Assembly (NCBI RefSeq): GCF_001194135.2
Contig: NC_068990.1
Span: 63,449,397-63,513,396 of the forward strand
Direction of reading: 5' to 3'
DNA from: Octopus bimaculoides
Lineage: Eukaryota
Length of the DNA stretch: 64,000 nucleotides
Each line of letters opens with the position of its first letter. Within the stretch, counting starts at the first letter, position 1. The notes under the pieces are model-generated. The model searched no databases and had not been told where the DNA came from. It worked only from the letters and a program-made list of their open reading frames with translations. The position numbers were made by a program, and so were the translations under genes. Shown here piece by piece: positions 25,740 through 39,159 of the stretch.

Positions 25740-26688
25740 CCGACTAAGGTGACACTTGTTTACTGGTCATGCTTTAAGAACCCTACGAAAAATTCTTGCA
25801 GTTCCAAGCAATGCTGATGTTTGTAGGTGTTCTACCTTCACATTTGTACCAATCTTTTTTGAGCCAGGAAGTGCTGATACTTCCAAGTCCGCCAATTGGT
25901 ATTGGCATCACGTCTACTCTCCTCATTGACCACATCCTTCGTATTTCCCACTTCAAATCGTCGTAGCTGTTCATTTTTACTTCTTTTTCCCCTTTGACCC
26001 TTTTGTCACCGGGACATGCTACGTCGTTTATTATGAAAGTTGTTTTTCTCTTTTATTCACCACAACAATGTCCTGTTTCCGATATCTGGTCAGGTGGTTG
26101 CACCGAATCATTGAATTCCACAGGATTTTGCAATCTTCATTCTCTGTGACTCCTTTTGGGGGTTTCTCATACCACGTCTTTGCTCTCTGTAGGCTGTAAT
26201 TTCCACAACTCCCAATGGCTCATTCTTGCCACATTGTCATATCGTCTTTTGTAATCGCATTGTGCCAGTTCCGAGCATTCACTAACGATGTGTCTTACTG
26301 TTTCATCCTTCTTTTTAAATATCCTGCATTTGTCACTGTCGGTAGTATTATCGATTCTGCACTTCACATAGTTAGTTCTTAATGCTTGTTACTGTGCTGC
26401 GCATATAAGTGCTTCTGTTTGTATCATTAGGTCACTCCTCCTCATTCATAACCACCGGTCGTTTGTATCAGTCTTGGCGCTTATGTCTCTTGTAAACTGA
26501 CCGTACATTTTTTCTCCTTTCCATACTGTTTCTTTTCTCTTGTTCTTTTCCTCTTTAAGTATTTCTTTCTTTGCAATATTATCAGTTTTAATGACCGCAG
26601 ACTTCACATGTTTGAGAAATGGTTCCACGGTATTTTTTACATACCACCCTAAGCCGTTTTCCTTTGTTTCGATACAATCCTGGCAACG
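25740..26688 (-). mobile_element. R4/Dong-like LINE 3' fragment (CCHC + RLE)
   Basis: ORF pieces CQDCIETKENGLGWYVK..MYGQF, DKCRIFKKKDETVRHIVSECSELA..YKRRYDNVA, YDDLKWEIRRMW..VMPI.IGGLG, and the C-terminus EHLQTSALLGTARI. Confidence 0.9.
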
Positions 26689-29222
26689 GATTAGCGAATT
26701 AGCTAAGTGTGCGTTGACGGGTGCAATTGTCAACAACTGGTGATTTGCTCTTAAAAGGGCAATTAGAGTAGAATCGATTAGGTTTAGCAAGGCATTAGCG
26801 GTAGAGAGAAATAGAAGGAGACACACAATAGAGGGAGATTTAGTTAGGAAGTTAGATGAGGCACTTAGGACAGGCATCGCAACTGAAGTGTTGGTGGCCA
26901 GTTGGCCCTCAACCAATTTTTCGACGCCAAACACGAAGGCTGCGTTGTCAGAGTTAAGGCACGTTCACTAAGCGGAGAGGGAACGAAAGCGTCACGATGG
27001 GCCCACGTGGCAGAGGTGAAAAGTGGCAATAAAGCTACCATTCGGTCTTTGGTTGACCAGAACGGATGCGTGGTGTTCGAGCCGAAACAGATGTGTACGG
27101 CTTTTCAGTTGCACTTTGCTTGACTGTTCGGGACGAATGGTAGGACGGATAACAGGGTAGACTTCGGTGTCTACCTGGACGGCCTGCCACGACTCTCGAT
27201 GAGCGAGGCGGAGTGCTGCGAAAGGCCGATAACAGCCGCGGAAATACAGGAAGCGATGAAAAGTTGCACGAGAGGTAGATCGCTGGGTTTGGATGGTCTG
27301 TCCTACGAGCTTTATACTTCGATGCCAGACTTGTTTGCGGGCCTCTTAGCAAACGTCTACTGCAACTGGCAGCAAAATGGGAGAAGTCCCACTTTTGTCT
27401 GTTTAGGGGTAGTGGCACTGCTGAGAAAGGACCCAAACGAGGGGGACGTTATGGAGAATCTCAGGCCCATCACTCTGCTCAATGCTGTGTTGAAGATTTT
27501 GGCCAAGGTGTTAACCAAGAAGTTGGAGCTTGTCGTGGACAACTTAGTTGGATATTACTGCGGAATTTCGACGCTTTGAGGGGTATCCTGCATGATCTAG
27601 GATGTAGGAAATGTGTGTCTGCTTACACTGATGATGTCACCGTAATAGTGTCGAACCACAGGTATATAGACCTGATTGGCGAAACACTACAGGAATATTA
27701 AACGGTGACAGGTGCTAAAATTAACGTGGAAAAGTCAGTGGGCTTGCAACTCAGCACCTGGAGAGGCAAGTCCATGCCGTCCAATAACCTGGTGGTGCGC
27801 TGAACAGACGGTCGCGTTAAGTTGCTCGAAGTTTGCTTTGGTCTGGACTCCCAAGTGGAGAAGAACTGGGACGAGGTGACGAGCAGGATAGCCAATCTCA
27901 CCCAGAAATGGGCCGAGAGAAAGCTGTCCCTGAAAGGTCGAGCGGAGGTGGTGAATGCGTACATCGCATCCGTCATCTATTACCGCTTGACTGTCGTCCC
28001 TTGCCCTGCGTGCTGGTTGACCAAGCTGGTGCTCTTACTCTTCCGCTTCTTGTGGAAGGGGTGCGTTCCACTGGTCAGGCGCTCCATCTGCTGTCAGCAG
28101 CCGCTGAATGGGGGGCTGAGTATGCCGTGGTTGCTGATACGCAGACATACGCTGAGGTTGCGGCATCTCCAGCGTTTCCTTGACGGTGAGCAGGTGTGGT
28201 CACCGATTGTAAGACACGCTTTTTCACAGCTCGTCTCTTTGACTGAGTTGCAATCCTGGATTAGACGTAGACTGAGGAGGGGCGCTTGGCACCTCAAGTG
28301 CCGTCAAGCACTCACAGCCTTCCGCCAGGCGGGCATTGCGGTCGGTGGTAGTTCTACTCTGGCGTTCTATAGAGAGCTAGTGGAGGGAAAGTGCGACGAC
28401 GTTCTCGGAGAAACTCTGGGCATCGATGAAGATCAACTAACCGGAGAGTTTCAGAGAATTTTGGGGCCTGGGGCTATGGACAACTTTGAGAATTCCCTTG
28501 CCTGACAGTGCTACCGAGGGGCGCTGCCTTTTCGAGATAAATTTTACTGTCATAGAAGTGCTGTCAGCCGGGCCTCTCCGATGTGCTCCCAGAACGATGA
28601 AACCGTTCTGCAGCCCTAGTCCAGTGCACGAGTATTGCTGACCTGTGGGTTTATGTCGAACACCTGCTGTCACGTGTAGGACGAATCCGGCTATCAGCTG
28701 AATCCATTGTGAAGAATGCGCCGCCGCTCTCTTTTGGCTGCGAGGGGAAGGTAATTTTTATTTGTCTAGTGGCTGTAGCGAAAGAGGTAGACTCGTTTGA
28801 AAGGGCTAAAGTCAGGCACTTTCCTCTTTGGCTTAGCCCTCATCAACTTTTTCAAGTTTCACTTGAAAAGGAAGTTTGAAGGTGAAGAGGGAAGCGTTGC
28901 CTTGTAGTAAGTTTGTTGTAAGGTGGGTGAATGTCGCAAGAATGGCCAGTGTGAAAAGACCAATTCTGAGCGCTCACCTGTAAACAAAAGGAGAAGGGCT
29001 CTTGCCCTGTTGTTCAGACACCCATGACTTTTGTGGGGTTTTTCACGAGGTCCTTAATGCGCCTCCCCTATTGGGAGTTTTAAATTGTTTAATTTTTAAT
29101 CGTTATATATACTATTTATACGTTGTAAAATCCATTGGATCGTCCTGTTTTTGTCTTTTATTTTGCTGTATGTCTCTTAATGTAATGTTATGTAAGCCCT
29201 TGTGGCTAATAAACAAATTTAT
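26681..29222 (+). mobile_element. L1/Tx1-like LINE, 5'-truncated, with an internal RT deletion
   Basis: Motifs SLGLDGLSYELY, NLRPITLLNAVLKILAKVL, YTDD (27624-27635), GAKINVEKS, KLSLKGRAEVVN and W..YRGALP. AATAAA at 29208-29213 precedes an (ATT)n(AGT)n tail. The segment is GC-rich. Confidence 0.92.
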
Positions 29223-29234
29223 TATTATTATTAT

Positions 29235-29266
<32 letters not shown>

Positions 29267-30828
29267 TGAGGAGGATGTTTAGGCATACGTTATCTCTCTT
29301 ATTCGGGTAATAGAAATATTATGCCTTATTTTTTTTTTGTTTACATATGATAGTTTTACAATATTTTTTGAAGGACCTTTAATCATCAACATGTTTCTTT
29401 TAAGCAGTTAGGGGACTTATTCAAACAATCATTGTCCTAAATAATCTATCACATGCAACTTGGAACTAATACAGTTGATTAGTGATGTTTGTCCACCGAA
29501 TTTAAATCTGTTGTCTTGAAAGATAAATTTATATATCCAGTATTATGATTCGAAAAAATAAAAAAAAATCGATTTCAAGTAGTTTAAACTATCTATTCCG
29601 CTAAGATACCTCTCAAGTAAACTCTATACAAATTGCATCAATGTCATTGATGAGATTCCGGCATGGAAATAATTCAAGCCACTATTCATGTAATAGTTAT
29701 TTATCTATTGTTAACACTATATTAGGACAGACGTAAAATAACCTACGATTTTTACACTCCAGAAAAGAAACAAATCAAAATATATCTAATTCTTTACTTT
29801 TGTCTTTCTTAAATAAATTAAAGATACTTATTGTGGTTTATAAATTCTATTATATACGACTTTATGTCTGTTAAAAACTTGAAATATAAAAAAAAAATAC
29901 ATTCTTTAAGTGATTGGCATCTTTCAGTATCCTATTCTCCTAGCCTTTCTCTTCTACGTAATGGCACTTATCTATTCTCTTTTTCATGATATATCGCAAC
30001 TTGTTCTAACTGGCAATGTTTACAAATGTACAGTGTAGCTATTTCCATTAGATACTTATTTTCCTTTATCAGTGGAAGTTGGATTCTATTGCCGTTTATT
30101 CTAGTTGATTCATTTAAAAGTGCTTCAACAAGAACTATGCAAATATCTTACACTTTATAGCATTCTTCTTCTCAACGGAAAATAAGAGTACAAATATTCT
30201 TAATGTACTTAAAAATCGACTTCCTTTTCTGCAAGCCTATAAATTTTAATGATATTCGTAAAATCAAAGGAGATCATGGGGAGAGACTTTCCCGATACCA
30301 TTCGTCTGTTCATATAGGCGTATACTTTCAAAGAATCGAGATAATCTTTATTATTGAGTAGCTTCTTTGAACATGGTGCTTGCTGAACTAGACAAGATAA
30401 TCTCACCTAGTTGTTTTCGTTACCGTTATGTTAGGCATTATATCGAATAACTTGATATTTTATTGCTGAAACTTCTATATTTATTGTTTCCAATGCCCAC
30501 CTTTATTAAAATCAAAATAAAAGTATTCTACATTCCTCTCAGATATCTCATTTCAGTAACTAGATTTTATAGCAGTTTTCTATTTATAGATTTTCTTTTG
30601 TCTCCTGCATCTTTCACCACCAAGCTCTGGTTCCTGATATTTTTAGATAGAACTTGCGAATATGCATACATACATACGTACATACATACACATACACACA
30701 CATATATATATGTATACATATATATTTATCTATATAATTACATATATATATATACATATATACATATACATATATATGTATATATATATATGTATATACA
30801 TATATATGTATATATATGTATATATATG

Positions 30829-30878
<50 letters not shown>

Positions 30879-32019
30879 NNNNNNNNNNNNNNNNNNNNNN
30901 NNNNNNNNNNNNNNNNNNNNNNNNNNNNNNNNNNNNNNNNNNNNNNNNNNNNNNNNNNNNNNNNNNNNNNNNNNNNNNNNNNNNNNNNNNNNNNNNNNNN
31001 NNNNNNNNNNNNNNNNNNNNNNNNNNNNNNNNNNNNNNNNNNNNNNNNNNNNNNNNNNNNNNNNNNNNNNNNNNNNNNNNNNNNNNNNNNNNNNNNNNNN
31101 NNNNNNNNNNNNNNNNNNNNNNNNNNNNNNNNNNNNNNNNNNNNNNNNNNNNNNNNNNNNNNNNNNNNNNNNNNNNNNNNNNNNNNNNNNNNNNNNNNNN
31201 NNNNNNNNNNNNNNNNNNNNNNNNNNNNNNNNNNNNNNNNNNNNNNNNNNNNNNNNNNNNNNNNNNNNNNNNNNNNNNNNNNNNNNNNNNNNNNNNNNNN
31301 NNNNNNNNNNNNNNNNNNNNNNNNNNNNNNNNNNNNNNNNNNNNNNNNNNGTTGATGCACTCGAATATGCTTAAACATTTTTGTTGCAATTGAATAGAAT
31401 AAAAAAATATTCTTATTTTAATTTTTTTTTTTTTTTTTTTAAGTTTCAGCTCAGAGCTGCGGCCATGCTGATGCACCGGAAATTTTTCGCATTTCTTTTG
31501 TTTCCTGAGACATCGATTCATTATTTCGTCATTACACAATATTATAGTTTGCCCAATTCATTGATTTTGAAAGATTTGTAAGAATAATTTAAAATCGTCT
31601 TCTACAATTTCTTTCGTTTAGTTTGCTACGTATTGTTTTCTAAATTTCTGCAGTTAGTGCTATAAATTGCTTTGGGAATGAAATGTTGACTAGATATTCC
31701 TATGACTGTCACGGAGTATTTTTAATAGCATTGATAATTTCTTGTTAACTAGATGCACTGTACTCATCATTACATTTTATGCCGACTAATTGCACTGCCG
31801 CAGAGCGACTGCTTGAGAAATAATAAAAACATAATGTATTCAAATATAAAACATATATATCTGTACATGTACGTGTTAATTTCTGTTCCCTTGAAACATA
31901 GCAGACTCGGGTATCTCTTGAGTCACTCCTGGATGCCAGAACGCAATAATTTCATTTTTCGATGCACTAGTTGTGCCTAGTATCGAGCGACAACAGACAA
32001 GATAGAGCTCTTTGAATCC

Positions 32020-34190
32020 ACCGATTGGAGGATTTGTGATCAAGCCAGGGCAATACACAAAAAGAATAGTTATGTGAGATGGCGATTGAAATGATAAAGA
32101 GAAGGTAAGCCAGGATGTGTGAAGGAAATAGAAGCTCAGGATGTTGGAAATTCAAATAGAGATGTGAGTATGAAAAATGATGAAATTCAATAGGAAGCGG
32201 CGGAAGTGAATACTCGAAATGATGTGGGAGGTGACATTAACATAAATGAACTGAAGGATATATCGTAAGAAGACAGACGGATGATTACTGATATATTGGG
32301 AATCTCTAAATCAGGAGCTAATAATCCAAACGATCTTAAAACGTCAGTTAGAAGAAATAACTAACAAAATATACATCAGCGCTGCAAGTATCTACATAGC
32401 CAAAGATCTAGGTCTGAAATACACTGCACAAAAGAGATCAATGAATCATGGTAGAAAAGAAGAAGTAAAAGGGACATAAAATGCTTAGGAAATATATTAA
32501 TATCCTGGGAAAAGAAAAGCTGAGGTGAATTAAGAAGAAAGGGTAAGATTGAAGAAGTTACAGAGAAGTACAGGATCAGGACAAAGAAGATTACTACGGT
32601 CATTGAAGAGCTGAAACAAAGGGTTCTTTTCAAAGCTACAAAAATCAAGAGGTATGAACAACGAGAGATGTTGTATAAGCTGAATGTATGCTTCCAATAA
32701 AGTCAGAATAAATTTTATGAGGATATGAATGACACGTTTAGGAATGATGTAATTCCTGATGCGGACATAAGTAAGAAGTTTTGGAGTAATATCTAGATTG
32801 TAGAAAAATGGCTCGCTAGAAGTGTTGAGGGTCTGAGTAAAATAAAAAAGGACATTGGAGATAACAAAAAGAATTAGATGTAACATCTGATATGATAATT
32901 ACCCAGTGTAGAAAGATGTCAAATTGGAAAGCTCCATTCAGAGACGGAGTACAAGGGTTCTAGTTGACAAAGCTGATGACTCTTCCTGATAGAATTGCGG
33001 AGCAGCTGAATAAGATCTTGAATAGTGAAGAGTGGTTACCAGAATGGTTAACCTTTGGGAGAATGATCATACGCTGGAAGGAATCTAGCAAAGGAAATGC
33101 ATTTGACAACGTTAGATCTATCTTTTGTCTCTCCCTTATGTAGAAACTAATGATAGAGGTCATTGATGAAGCAATGTAGGAATATCTAGAAGAGATTATC
33201 TGAAGAGCAGAAGGAATGTAGGAGAGAAAGCAAGGATACTAAGGATCAATTGTTGATTGATAAGGCGATCTTGAAGGATTGTTAAAGGAAGCACACAGAC
33301 CTTGCCATGGCCTGGATCGATTATCGCAAGGCTTATGACATGGTGCCTGATAGATGGATAGTGGAATATTTGGAAATGTTTGGTATTGCAGCTAACAGTC
33401 TCTTGTGAGCATTATGGCTGGTTTTGGAGGACTGAGCTGACATCAAGCAGACAAACATTGAGAGTTGTGAACATCAAGAGAGGAATATCTGAAGGAGGAA
33501 GTCTTTTGCCTTTGCTGTTTGTATTGTGTATGGTTCCACTTTCATTAGTGTTGAGAAGGGCAAATATCTGGTTACGAGTGTGGAGCATGTGAGTTTAAGA
33601 TAAACTACCTGTTGTTCATGGATGACCTAAATCTCTTTGGGGAATCCTATGAAGAGATTGAATCCCTTGTACAGACAGTTCATACATTGAGACATAGGAA
33701 TGGAATTTAGCATAAACATGAGTGGGTATGTTAAGATGGAAGAAACTGTATTACCAGACAGGCAATATATGGAGAAAATTGACTACGGGTACAAGTACTT
33801 AAGTATCCTGGAAACAGATCAAATGAATGATTTGTTATCAAACGAATATAAACAGACACTGGAACTGGTGTCAAGGACAAATTTGTGTGGTTGCAATAAG
33901 ATACTGGCTGTCAACAAAAGGACCGTTGCAGCTCTAAGGTATACCATTGGTGTGACAGAGTAGAGAAGTGATGAACTTAAGGTGTGTGATAGAAAGACCA
34001 CGAAAATTATGACGCTATAGGAGGTCCTGCACCCGAAAATTGACGTCGACTGGTTGTATCAATTGTGACAGAGAGTAAACAGTGATCTCATTAGCTGTGA
34101 ATTGTATGTGAAATCTGAGGAAAATAATCTGCTATTGTATTAAAGAATTCAAGGGCGAGATTGATGGCAGGATTAAGAAAACTGTGATCT
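32020..34190 (+). mobile_element. R4/Dong-like LINE internal fragment with RT domain, heavily decayed
   Basis: Motifs [76 protein letters not shown] and HPKIDVDWLY. Confidence 0.9.
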
Positions 34191-34353
34191 TGGGAAAGGC
34201 ATTTTATTCATCGCTGTTATAGTCCACTCACCTGAAAAGGGGAACCTTGCTGTGGGGTCGAGTATTTTCTATTACTTATAATACCCCATGGAAACTGGGA
34301 TATGCTCCAGCCAAATCGTTCTCTAAGGCTGCAATAGAACTATAACCTTTTGA

Positions 34354-34578
34354 TCTTTTACTCTTTTACTTGTTTCAGTCATTTGATTGCGGCCATGCAT
34401 GGGTACCACCTTTAGTCGAACAAATCGACCCCAGGACTTATTACTTGTAAGCCTAGTACTTATTCCATCGGTCGCTTTTGCAGAACCGCTATATTACTTT
34501 GACGTAAACACACCAACACCGGTTGTCAAGCGATGGTGGTGGGGGACAAACACAGATACATTAATACATACATGCATG

Positions 34579-34613
<35 letters not shown>

Positions 34614-34745
34614 GTATGACGGGCTTCTTTCAGTTTCCCTCTACCAAATCCACTCACAAGGCTTTGGTTGGCCCGAGGCTATAGTAAAAGACACCTGCCC
34701 AAGGTGACACGCAGTGGGACTGAACCCAGAACTCCTGCGCCTGTG
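34354..34745 (-). mobile_element. SINE family B
   Basis: Homologous to 3909-4279 on both sides of the internal CA/TA tract. Confidence 0.9.
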
Positions 34746-34769
34746 CTTATACATTCTACATATTACCTC

Positions 34770-35110
34770 TAAACACTGAAGATGATAGCTACTCTAACTC
34801 AAAGTAGGCCATAGAGTGCAAACACTATGTTAATATACCGACTAAAGCATCGTTATCGTATTTGCATATCGTCCTTTTGACCCAGGTCGAAGAAGAAAAC
34901 ACCATTATCGATTTACGTGTGGCATATAAAAGACATGACCCTTACTTTACCATCAAGTGGAAAATTCTTGAGAGAAGCAGACCATACTAATGTAAGAGGT
35001 TTAAACAGGCAGTTACGAAAAGGCTAGACTTTAATAACAAATAATTCAGGTATTTATCTAAACTAAGTTTTTTACTAAATGTCACCACTTCCACAAATAC
35101 TTGCTCGAAT
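34770..35110 (+). mobile_element. Penelope-like GIY-YIG C-terminal remnant
   Basis: Reads VWHIKD / FTIKWKILERSRPY / TKCHHFHKYLL. Confidence 0.55.
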
Positions 35111-35238
35111 CCCAGAACAATTTTTATAGGACTTTTCCGACGTTTTTCTTGATCATAATGTATGAGAAACTTGGCAAGTTATTTTATATACCCTTTAATT
35201 TCTCTGCTTAAGTTTAAAATCGAAGGAAAACTGTACTA

Positions 35239-35365
35239 CAGGGTGTCCACAAAGTATGGCTACATGGAGTAAATAAAATCATAACATAAATAATTAAATA
35301 TAAGAAATAATAATTTCTTAAAGTATGTGTTAATCCCCATGTACCCAGACTTTGTGGACACCCTG
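35239..35365. mobile_element. 127-bp Tc1/mariner-type MITE
   Basis: 29-bp TIRs (CAGGGTGTCCACAAAGT...) with 2 mismatches, TA on both flanks (35237-38 and 35366-67), and an AT-rich core. Confidence 0.92.
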
Positions 35366-37280
35366 TACTTAGCCAAGAGGTTTCAGCAGAATGTTTTCTC
35401 TTACCAAACCACAGAGTCATGGTGTATGACAGAAACCCAATATATGTCGTGCAAATTCACACGAGTTGCATTGTATCTTAGAGCTATTATTATCTTAGTT
35501 CATATACGGAACATCATTGTATATGCATACATACATACATACATACATACATACACACATGCATACATACATACATACATACATACATACATACACTAAT
35601 TATTACTTGTTAAATTTTCTCTAAGCTGTATAACGCATTAATATTCCTTTTTTCTTTTGCAGAGAGCAGCAGCTGCTTTGCCGCAATACAGTCTATTTTC
35701 AACAAGGATAGGAAATGTAATATTTGGAGATCATGAAATAAGAAAGAAATTAAATTTGAGAAAACCAGAGTAGATTGTTTTACCAACCAGATGAGATGAT
35801 TTAACATTCTTGAATTCTTTCATACCTTTTTCGTTTCAATCCTCTTTCGAATATTATCTTCAATACATTTCTGTTGTTTTATATTACTATGAATACAATA
35901 TATGTGTGAAAGGTAGCTAGCTATGGCTTATAAATATATATTATGATGGGTTTTACAAATATTTATTCGTGAACAGGCTATCAAACTGTGATAACATAGC
36001 TATAAAGATACACGATACCGATACGTGCAGTAAGTCTCGACAGACACATACACACACGCATCCATTCACAGACACTCATGTATACACGCACTTATCCCGA
36101 TAAATATATCCACAATTACCCATCACACATATTTATCTATTATATATCAGTGACAACACTGCCACCGTGATTATTTTTGTTGCTTTCATTATGGTCTCTT
36201 TTCTATTCGCCTTGATCTTAATAGCATATTTCTCATTTTTCTGCATTTTAGTTTTGCTAAGTATATTTCTATATATGTGTGTGTGTGCGTGCTGTATGTG
36301 GCTACGAGTATTTTTAGAGTATTATAACAATGCATATATATATGCACCCCTGTAAACAGAAAACGTGCATCGAGGCAAACAAAAATACACACATTTCTTT
36401 ATCTTAGATACATACTTACGCATGAATCTTTTATCCATTTTCATTTCTCTTCCAATATTGTATTTATTAATATTTCTCTACATTTTTTCTTCATTACATT
36501 TTCATATACTTTTCTGGTTTATTGATTTATTATATCACTTTATTTATCTTTTCATAGAAAGAAAATCTGTTGGATTTTTTGCTTATTGAATTGAATTATA
36601 CTTTCCTATTACAAATTACAAACAATTCGTATGTATATATGTGTGTGTGCGTGTGTGTGTATGTATGTATGTATGTATGTATATGTTTACGCATACATAT
36701 GTATATATAATATATATATATATATATATATTTTGAGCGTGAGAAAAAGAGAGAGAGAGAGAGAGATGAACACATACGTACACATGTACATGGATGTATA
36801 CATTTATCCATACACTGATTGTACGAGATCATTATTTGCGTAGCAAAATAACAGTGATTTATCTTAGCTTATTCTGTAAACTTTTTGATTTCTCCCGGTT
36901 CCACATGTTTTCGTGATATTCTTTGATTTTACTTCTCAGTGTGTGTTAATCTTTTGGTGAAGCACTTGCCGTACCATATCGAGAATCCGGTAGAATTCGG
37001 CTGAGATGGAAGTAGAGTGTTGCTGTCAAGGGATTGCTAAAATATCAATGTTTAAGTAGATTTTGAGATCAGTGCTATTCAGTTAATTTGACAGATGTTT
37101 GGTACTAATTCCAAAGAAATTAATACCCGCAAATACACCAGCTGTATTACGTTATCTGAATTTTTCAGATTTTATTATATTAACTACTTTATCTGAAGGA
37201 AGGTCATTGTTTTGACCTAACCATTACTTACAAAATATTATTTCGTACGTAGACTAATGTTTTACAGGATTGGAATTATC

Positions 37281-37360
37281 ATTGTTGTTGTTGTTGTTGT
37301 TGTTGTTTTGTTGTTGTTGTTGTTGTTGTTCTTCTTCTTCTTCTTCTTCTTCTTCTTCTT

Positions 37361-37405
<45 letters not shown>

Positions 37406-37447
37406 TTATGTTTGACTTTTGCTTTGCATTTGTACAAGTTGGATCCA
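37281..37447 (-). repeat. compound (GTT)(CTT)(ATT) microsatellite, probably a LINE tail whose body lies in the gap
   Basis: The blocks are directly visible. The 40 bp before the gap read GATCCAACTTGTACAAATGCAAAGCAAAAGTCAAACATAAAAT then (AAT)n on the minus strand. The LINE-tail assignment is inference. Confidence 0.6.
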
Positions 37448-38186
37448 NNNNNNNNNNNNNNNNNNNNNNNNNNNNNNNNNNNNNNNNNNNNNNNNNNNNN
37501 NNNNNNNNNNNNNNNNNNNNNNNNNNNNNNNNNNNNNNNNNNNNNNNNNNNNNNNNNNNNNNNNNNNNNNNNNNNNNNNNNNNNNNNNNNNNNNNNNNNN
37601 NNNNNNNNNNNNNNNNNNNNNNNNNNNNNNNNNNNNNNNNNNNNNNNNNNNNNNNNNNNNNNNNNNNNNNNNNNNNNNNNNNNNNNNNNNNNNNNNNNNN
37701 NNNNNNNNNNNNNNNNNNNNNNNNNNNNNNNNNNNNNNNNNNNNNNNNNNNNNNNNNNNNNNNNNNNNNNNNNNNNNNNNNNNNNNNNNNNNNNNNNNNN
37801 NNNNNNNNNNNNNNNNNNNNNNNNNNNNNNNNNNNNNNNNNNNNNNNNNNNNNNNNNNNNNNNNNNNNNNNNNNNNNNNNNNNNNNNNNNNNNNNNNNNN
37901 NNNNNNNNNNNNNNNNNNNNNNNNNNNNNNNNNNNNNNNNNNNNNNNNNNNNNNNNNNNNNNNNNNNNNNNNNNNNNNNNNNNNNNNNNNNNNNNNNNNN
38001 NNNNNNNNNNNNNNNNNNNNNNNNNNNNNNNNNNNNNNNNNNNNNNNNNNNNNNNNNNNNNNNNNNNNNNNNNNNNNNNNNNNNNNNNNNNNNNNNNNNN
38101 NNNNNNNNNNNNNNNNNNNNNNNNNNNNNNNNNNNNNNNNNNNNNNNNNNNNNNNNNNNNNNNNNNNNNNNNNNNNNNNNNNNNNN

Positions 38187-38506
38187 AGGCTCTCTTTCTC
38201 CCATTCATTCTCTTTATTAAGCAATCTATCGTAGTGGCATCTCCAGACCTCTTTCTTTGCATCCTCATTTAATGCAAGCGTACCATCATCCATGCGAACA
38301 CATTTCTCTCCTACAACATCACTATTCTCTCTCCTACACTGTCTTGCAACCCGAAATACCTCGAGTCTTTGGTCCTCACGGCGCAGAACATTGGCAAATC
38401 TTTCCTTATCTGCTTCCCCTCTGGCTAAATAAACCTGTCGCCTAGCCTCCCTTCTGGCACATTGGTACAATTCCCTGCTACCACCGTTCTTCCAGTCCTT
38501 CCAAGG
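38187..38506 (-). mobile_element. RTE-like LINE internal fragment (pre-RT region)
   Basis: WKDWKNGGSRELYQCARREARRQVYLARGEA..KKEVWRCHYDRLLNKENEW is uninterrupted up to the gap. Confidence 0.75.
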
Positions 38507-39159
38507 AAGATGGAATATACGAAAATTTATTAATCACGGCAATTGTTTCCACACATCTAGCATCGAAGCCTCACGGGTGGAACACTCAGCAACTGGTTCA
38601 CGAGCATTCAGCGGTGCAGATATATCTCATCGGATGATAAATAGACACAACTCGTTAAAATAACAGTTCTGCAATGTAACTTCTCGTTTTGTAGAAAGAA
38701 AAGCAACCAGAAGGAGGAAATAACTTCATTTACAAAGAAGATCGAAAATAAGATCGCAGATGGAAAAAAAAGAGGAACGAACACGCAACGAGAAAAGTAT
38801 TAAAAATAACCGTTAATAAATATGGATGTATAAACGCTCTCAGGCAAGCTGCATGGCACGAGTACACTCGCTCATACAAGCATCCGCGAAAATGTAAGCA
38901 TTCGCACACGTAAGGTTTAGTGCACTCGTGATAACAAAGTGAATTAACTATCTGCTTCGTGTTTGTAAGAAATGGGAGGTTAAAAGTAAACTTGGGTCAT
39001 CCATACCTTAAAGTAAATTATATTAACAGTTATTCAAAATTCCTTCCCACTGCACTGTGCAAAAGTGCATTTATATGCATGTAAGCATCTCCAGATTCTT
39101 TCAGAAATTTTATTAATGAGCTTCTCCTTAGTCCACAGAACAGTCAGAGATTCCTCGGA

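Noticed and set aside
30209-30406. 65-aa minus-strand ORF in unique DNA
   Set aside because: No recognisable domain or convincing splice-site pair.
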